A stretch of 15,260 nt of DNA from Selaginella moellendorffii (lineage: Eukaryota; Plantae; Lycopodiophyta): assembly GCF_000143415.4 (NCBI RefSeq), contig NW_003314529.1, positions 1 through 15,260 of the forward strand. Reading direction: 5' to 3'. Numbering within the stretch: position 1 is the first letter of the stretch; each line of letters begins with the position of its first letter. Position numbers and translations under genes: made by a program. Below the pieces are notes generated by a model. It was not told the origin of the DNA and did not search any database. It worked only from the letters and a program-made list of their open reading frames with translations. This document shows positions 8,914 through 15,260 of this stretch, one piece after another.

Positions 8914-9200
8914 TTCACTGGCACTCTAGTTGAAACACTCTTGTTCCCATACTATTTTGAGTTCTTGGAGAGTTGTTATTATTACCATGGAAGAAAAATA
9001 GTGATGGTGATGGTGGAGGACGAAGAATTTTTATTTAACTTAAAAAAATTCACTCCCTCTTAAAAACTTTAGTTTGAGGTTGCTATTGTGGAGGGTTGTC
9101 GTGATCACAAATCTGTTTGCTATTTGTCATAGAGAGTTTGTGTTTCCAATTCCAGCACTGCTTGGGAGTGGTGTGGCTGCTACTATTGCCACCCTATTCA
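8914..9200 (-). repeat. Inverted, AT-decayed copy of the 5' part (~4610-4968) of the SHIPPO ORF
   Basis: The blocks ACTCTAGTTGA, CTCTTGTTCCC, ACCATGGAAGAAAAAT, TCACTCCCTC, TTGTGGAGG, TTCCAATTCCAGCAC and GGGAGTGGTG occur in the order of the reverse complement of 4610-4968. Confidence 0.82.
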
Positions 9201-9231
9201 TGCTATAGCTTTTCTATTTTTTTACTAGATT

Positions 9232-10994
9232 AGGATCTCCTCCGAGAAGCAGGATGGTGCCAGCGTCCAGTCCAAGAAGCTCAAGCCTCTAATCACAACC
9301 ATGGCAGAGAAATCGACACAAAGAACATTGCACTAGACACTTCCAGTTTAGTTTCCACAAACTTTGGAAAGCTGGCTACTTTGCGTGGAGGATCGTCATT
9401 GCTGGGACTGGGGCTGGGATGGTACTCGCTGAAGTCCCAGCCATCTTCGCCAGCTTTCTCGATGGGAAGCTGGCTTGCCGATGGCAAGAGGTCTCACAGT
9501 CCTGGACCGGGAGCACAAAACGTAAAGAGGAGGCCGGACTGTCCAGCCTACCCAATCTCTCCTCGGTTTAGAGACGCTGGAAAGGACTGGAGTCCCGGGC
9601 CGGGGCAGCACAATCTTCCAGGAACTTTTGGTGGTCCGGCTTATATCATGGCATGGCGGTTTGACTCGCCTCCCAGAGCTCACAGCCCGAGGCCATTTGC
9701 TTCTTTTTTTCCGTCCTAGGCAAAGGTGCCGCCCCGAGGTGAGAGACAAACACTAGCTGGACCAAGACAGCGGTTGAAGGTTCGTTGAATGCTCATGCAA
9801 ACGTTCCTGGTCACGGGGTTTATTCCAGCTACAGGCCCGACAAGGAGAAGTAAAAGGAAGTTGGCTACTTCATCGTCAAGGTGACGGCTTACAAGATCAC
9901 AAAAAACGGGGACCTTCTTGATGCCGGAGCCAGATGATCCGGCTTTCAATCCAGAGAGAGGGGAGTCAGGAAGAAGGGACTCTGGCAATCTAGACAGGAG
10001 AGATTCCAGCTCCAGGAGAAGATCCAGTTTATCTCCAAGGCGGCCGTCGAGTCCTCCACAATCAGATCCAACTCCGGGACCAGGAAGATACCAAGACGCC
10101 GAGTTTCAAACAAACGGTCCCTGAAGAACTATCAAGTCGAGGATTCCATTACGTCCAAAGGAGAACTTTCTAGGACCAGGAGCTTACAACGTTGTGTTGA
10201 GGCTGAGCTCGCCACCCCTCTCTCTCGGAGGACAAAACAGAAAATCCAGGGCCAGGAGCGTGGCAAGGTGACGTCTCCACGACAAAGCGATGTTCCAGGC
10301 CCCGGTACTTACTCTCTGCGGCTTCCCAGAGGCCAGACCATGCAGTCGAGACAAAGCTCGCCAAGAACTCCAAACTCCCCCGGCCCGGGATCATACAGTC
10401 CGCAGTGCAGGAGCTCCTCTCCATCCTTCTCGATGCGAGAAAAGCTTCCCAAGTTATCAGGACGTGACAGCCCCAGCTACACCTCGAGATCTTCCATGGA
10501 CGGTCCTTCCTTCAGCATGCACGGCCGACTTAGCAGCCCAGCTTCTTCCACTTCCAGGAGCAGCTCTCCGGGACCTGGAGCGTATACGATCTCTTCCAGG
10601 CCAACGAGTCCATGGTTTACGCTGTATGGCCCGGGGAAGAAGAACAACTAATGGAATGATTTTCCAGGGCCTGGAGCTTACTGCCCGAGACTAGGCCGGG
10701 TGAGTCCGGAGTTTAGCATCCGGGGAAAGCTTCCAGTCCAGCAGAGAAGCCGAGGAACCAATGTCAGCATCCGGGGGAAGATTTCTCATGAGGAGCGTCC
10801 TCGTTCTCCAGGACAGGGGGCTTACAACGTTGAGAGTGGAAGCAGCTCTCCATCTTTCAGCATCCAGGGGAAGATTTATTGTGAGGAGCGTCCTCGTTCT
10901 CCTAGACTGGGAGCACAAACCAAGTACCAGCGTTGACTTCAGCCTGGAACTTATCGATCCTCCCAAAGCTTGTAGCTATGAAAAATATGAAATG
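9232..10994 (+). pseudogene. Degenerate tandem copy B of the SHIPPO-repeat gene
   Basis: Colinear and highly similar to ~4987-6878. It is broken into several ORFs (9381-9719, 9918-10124, 10268-10651, 10700-10936). Lesions include TGG>TGA at 10122-10124, GAA>TAA at 10649-10651, frameshifts and deletions (~150 bp missing at 10260). Confidence 0.88.
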
Positions 10995-11024
10995 ACAATA
11001 TTTGTCTCTGTTTACAATTCCTTT

Positions 11025-11516
11025 CTAGTGCTCTCTATATTTTTTTTCTCTTCCCACACTTCTTGGGGTTTGAGGACGTAGTTTCTTCTCGTTCAGCACC
11101 TTTTCATATTCTCCTTGAACAATAGGTTTCAGTCGAGTGAATAAATCTTCATATTCAAGTACCTCTGTGTTATCTAATATTATTTGCTTGACATCATCTA
11201 TAGTCCACGTTCTAGCCTTCAGCCCAATCAAAGTCTCCAAAAAGTACTCTATCACAAACATCATCTCAGGGATTGCATCTGGAGACCCTGATAATTTATC
11301 TTAAAACATAGGACGGTCCTCAATGTAAACATGTCCCACAATATACCAACCATTTAGAAATTTAAAATTTTGTTGTTGCTCTTTCATTACTTTTACAGAA
11401 TTCAGCATTATGGAGGAAATCCAAAATCCTTCAAGGGAAATCCTTTTAACTTTCTGTATACCCAACCCATCAGATGTAACATCCTTTAAAACCCTCCCAA
11501 AAGATGTATCTTCCAT
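11025..11516 (-). pseudogene. Second copy of the unidentified convergent ORF (~163 codons, one in-frame stop)
   Basis: ORFs 11516-11301 and 11264-11025 are in the same frame, separated only by TAA at 11301-11303, where copy A has TTG. A telo-box-like TAGGGTT lies upstream at ~11582. Confidence 0.6.
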
Positions 11517-12019
11517 TACTTGCTTTAATAAAACCTTCCCAAAAACCTAAGAATCCTTTAAATCCCTAGAAATTTATTTTTTAGGGTTAATCCACTCAGA
11601 AAAAAAAAGGCTAATCCAAACCTGCTTTCAAAGGCTAACACAGATGAGAATTAATAAATCCCAAAACTATGGTTTGTAAATGCTCCACTCTCCTGCTCGT
11701 GGCTGCCATTGTTACTACCAGTGTTCTTCTAGCCCGCCATCACCACCACCGGTCGGCCAAACAAACCAAGCGAAGAAGCTCTAGAAGCGTGGGACGAAGC
11801 TCCCAATCGCCTGGCCCGCTCGTCTCCACCAACGCCTATGGATTCTCAGCCACACCCACCTCTGTCCCCGGCTGGAAGCCATCCCCAAAACTCCCACCAC
11901 TCAGCCACGCCGGAGTTCGGAGCCTAGTGTAGTTTGGAGGGACGTCGCTTCCCAGCCTGAGCTCTTGCCTCTCCACCTTTTCCAACCAGAGCCTCTGACT
12001 ACGTCTCCCAAGGTGTGGG

Positions 12020-12849
12020 CTACGCACGCCGGGCTGTGGAGGCGTATCCAAATGCATCGCTTCTGCTCACGGGCCATAGCCTGGGTGCCGGACTCGCAGT
12101 TCTCGTCTCGGCATCGCTCGGCCACCAGAGATGAAGCGTAACGTGGTTGTGATCGGGTACCGTGGTCATGGCGTCGTGGGAGCAGCAAGTTGGCACGGTT
12201 TGAGCACCAGGGAGCTCGGACTCCGCAGCCGCGGCTTGTTCAGTGAGTGATGCTCCCAGCTCCACTTGCTTGAACTGCGCACAGCCTGAATGGGATTCTT
12301 GATAACCTGCAAAGAGGAGACAAGTTTCCGTGCTGGGAGCATTAGAGAGCGTGCTGGAAACACTTACTGTGGATCTGTGAGGCGTGTGTGACTCGCAATA
12401 AACAGGCAGAGATGCATACCTGAAGAAGTATCACGTTAGTCTTTTCATTTTTCTAGAACAAAACTCACTGGATTTTGTAGTAGCAGCTGATGTATCGTCG
12501 ATCGCGATGCCACTGCTTCCGATTGATCAGCTTCACTGGAGCTTGGAGCAGTAGAGCGTACTGGAAAAACTTCGCAAGGCATCCTAGCTCCGGAGAAGCA
12601 GCACATTATAGTTTTTCCTTTTTGTTTCAAGAACATAACTCACTGGAATTTTGGAGTAGCTAGATTGCAAGCGATCGCATCTCAAAGCACGATGCCATTG
12701 CTCCATCAATCGTCCCCGTGCCTGATTGACTATCTTCACCGCGTTTCTAAGAGATTTTCAGTCATTCCTGATCGATAATCTGGCCACGCACAGAGGAAAT
12801 CTATCTAGCTACATTCATCTACCTGCGCCGATATCAATCCCCTATGCAT
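12020..12849 (-). pseudogene. Putative spliced orphan/chimeric gene or pseudogene starting from a duplicated CPSF73 5' end
   Basis: ATG at 12849 sits in the CPSF73-like context. Donors are GTAGAT (12822), GTGAGT (12643, 12468) and GTAAGT (12367); acceptors are TTCAG (12420, with a CTAAC branch point) and TTTGCAG (12307). Splicing 12469/12419 and 12368/12306 joins ..HQLLLQNP|VCISACLLRVTHASQIHS|YQESHSG..STARRA* in one frame. The upstream exon contains a stop. Confidence 0.35.
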
Positions 12850-12920
12850 CGTTGCGAGACAAATATTTAGAAACAAATATTTTAGGGTTCTAAGCTTTTG
12901 CTTCGCAGATGATAGCAAAG

Positions 12921-14301
12921 ATGATCAAACTGCCAGCTCTTCGACACACGAACTGGGACGGCGTGGCACCACTGCTGGAATTGGAATCACAAGCTCTCCG
13001 CGACGAGTAACAGGCAATCTCTCAGGCAGTGTAGTTCTCCGCCACAACAATAGGAGGGAGTGGATTCTTTTTGAGCTAAACTTTGCGAGCTTGACGACTG
13101 CTTCTATAGCTAATCACCTTGACGAACTCTTGTTCCCCATGCTACTGTGAGAATTCTTAGAGCTCACCAGAGAGTTGCTGCTGCTGCCATGGAAGAAAAT
13201 CAGCGTCCAGTCCAAGAAGCTCGACTCCTTCGAGCCTCTAAAGCTCCTGATCACAATGGAACCGGACGATCCGGCTTTCAATCCAAAGAGAGGGGAGTCA
13301 GGAAGAAGGGACTCTGGCAATCTAGACAGGAGAGATTCCAGCTCCAGGAGAAGATCCAGTTTATCTCCGAGGTGGCCGTCGAGTCCTCCAGAACTCCGGG
13401 ACCGGGAGAACACCAGGACGCCGAGTTTCAAACAAACGGTCCCTGGATAACTATCAAGTCGAGGATTCCATTACGTCCAAAGGAGAACTTTCCAGGACCA
13501 GGAACTTACGACGTTCTGTCGAGGCCGAGCTCGCCATCCTTCTCTCTCGGTGCTCGCCATTTTGTTCCGGAGGACAAAACAGAAAATCCATGGCCAGGAG
13601 CGTCCCAATCACCGGCAAGCACCGAGACTCGTCACCCCGCTCGAGAAGTCCCGGTCCCGGAGCCTACAAGTACGAGAATGGAACCATCGGCTCTGGTCTA
13701 CCAGCTTTCACCATCACTGGCAAGGCGACGTCTCCACGAGAAAGCGATTTTCCAGGCCACGGTACTTACTCTGTGCGGCTTCCCAGAGGCCCGGCTCTCA
13801 CCATGCAGTCGAGACAAAGCTCGCCAAGAACTCCAAACTCTCCCGGCCGGGGATCATGCAGTCCGCAGTGCATGAGCTCCTCTCCATCCTTCTCGATGCA
13901 GACAAGCTTCTCGAGTTATCAGGACGTGACACCCCCAGCCCCGGCTCCTACACATCGAGATCTTCCATGGACGGTCCTATGCACAGCGGACGAGTCCATC
14001 GCTTACGATCTATGGCCTGGTGAAGAAGAACAACGAATGGAATGATTTTCCACTCGAGACTAGGCCGGGAAAGGTTCCAGTCCAGAAGACTAGCCGGAGT
14101 CCGGGACAGGGGGCTTACAACGTCGAGAGCGGAAGAAGCTCTCCATCTTTCAGCATCCGGGGGAAGATTTCTCGTGAGAGACCTCATTCTCCAGGACCGG
14201 GAGCGTACTTCTTGCCGAAGACAAACCAGGCACCAGCGTTTAGCTTGTATGGGAGGATCCGAGGGCCTCGACAAGACAGCTTCAACAGTCCGGCTTGTTG
14301 A
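12921..14301 (+). pseudogene. Degenerate tandem copy C of the SHIPPO-repeat gene
   Basis: Begins ATGATCAAACTGCCAGCTCTT like 4568. It has many small deletions, an internal inversion (13097-13199), a ~650-bp deletion at ~13256 and frameshifts (fragments 13175-13450, 13590-14045, 14020-14301). It ends SPGPGAYFLPKTNQAPAFSLYGRIRGPRQDSFNSPAC*. Confidence 0.88.
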
Positions 14302-14887
14302 TCAGCAGATCTCAACGCTTGTCGCTTCTCACTTTTGTCTTTGATACATCTTCCCAAACATCTCAGAAGCAGCGAACTTACATACTCCATATATCCCTGT
14401 TTTCATTCTTTCCTTTTTCCTTGTAAACTTGCATCTCTTTTGTGAAAACTTATAGGTGAGAAAAGCTGTGAAGAACTTTGAAAGTTAACAGTAGTTGGGA
14501 ACATACTCACAACATACTCCGTCAGAGTTTTAATCATATCTCATAAGCCTCCTTTTGGATGATGAAGGGCTACACTTTGAAAATTGGGCCTGGAGGGTAT
14601 AAAGATTTTTAAAAGTGAAAGCATTCGAGGACTTTTCATTACCTACTCTCCAGATCCAGTTTGTTGGAGGAATATCTGGCATATACTAGAATATTCTATA
14701 AATGACCTATTACTCTCTCACTAGAGAATCCGCATTCCAAAGGTTTAATACGAGGCAGAACAAGAGCGCTTGGAGATTACGCTCTTGCAAAGGAACCCCT
14801 GACAGTTGATGGTAAAACTATAAATTTGTGAAGCACATAAACTGCATCTTTAAATTATACAACATCTGCTAAGAAACTGCTAGATTA

Positions 14888-15200
14888 ATATAAAGAAAGA
14901 AAGAAATAGAAAATCTAAGAAATCCAGACCATAATAGTAAAGTGTGGTGTTAGATCATAAGATATAAAACTTTGACCAAGGCAATGCCGATAGGTGAGAT
15001 CTGTGAATCTTAGATTTTCAGTTCTAAGAAACTATGGGCGCCATAGTTTCATGTTGTGCATACTCAAAAATTTAAGGGTTGAGATATTATAAAGCAAGAA
15101 AGAGCTGAAAAATCTAGACCATTATAAAGTGAAAAAGAGTTGGAAGCTTTGACAAAGGCAACGGGGATAGGTGAGATCCGGTGATATCTCTAATTCTCAG
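14888..15200 (+). repeat. Diverged direct repeat (two units ~180-195 bp apart)
   Basis: AAATC(C/T)AGACCAT.ATA and CTTTGAC.AAGGCAA.G..GATAGGTGAGATC.G occur at ~14921-15003 and ~15110-15180. Confidence 0.72.
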
Positions 15201-15260
15201 GCCCGCAGCGAGAACACAGGTGAGAATTTGATCCAATGAAGAAAATCCCAAAGCCATGTT

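Noticed and set aside
11669-11932. 87-aa plus-strand ORF with a signal-peptide-like N-terminus (MVCKCSTLLLVAAIVTTSVLLA)
   Set aside because: Short, low complexity and without a recognisable family or other support; cannot be distinguished from chance without expression data.
12368-12374. 7-nt microexon (ATCCACA)
   Set aside because: A 52-nt exon 12419-12368 uses the branch-point-supported acceptor at 12420 and is the simpler model; the microexon cannot be supported without junction reads.
14400-14890. Possible retroelement or degraded coding fragment (..GLIRGRTRALGDYALAKEPLTVDGKTINL*)
   Set aside because: No RT, integrase or transposase motif, LTR or TIR is recognisable.

Overview
Eukaryotic land-plant genomic DNA with very short GT-AG introns (46-68 nt). 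Those introns plus a flagellar-type gene suggest a compact-genome plant with flagellated sperm, such as the lycophyte Selaginella (inference). The one clearly conserved gene is a 5-exon CPSF73-I/CPSF3 pre-mRNA 3'-end endonuclease (minus strand, 2049-4305, 677 aa). It lies head-to-head, with 262 bp between the ATGs, with a 768-aa ORF (4568-6874) carrying about 14 PGPGxY SHIPPO/ODF3/STPG-type repeats. That SHIPPO module is triplicated in tandem (copy B ~9232-10994, copy C ~12921-14301). The extra copies are frameshifted pseudogenes with microhomology-flanked deletions, and both invert part of the N-terminal segment at about the same breakpoint. They also retain blocks missing from the open copy. 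Other elements: a convergent orphan ORF relic duplicated with the module, AT-decayed ~300-bp tandem repeats, an (AT)36 microsatellite, a copy of the CPSF73 5' end heading an unrelated spliced minus-strand unit, intron-like units downstream of the CPSF73 stop, and a degenerate tRNA-Ile-like/B-box element. All calls come from reading by eye; no searches were run.
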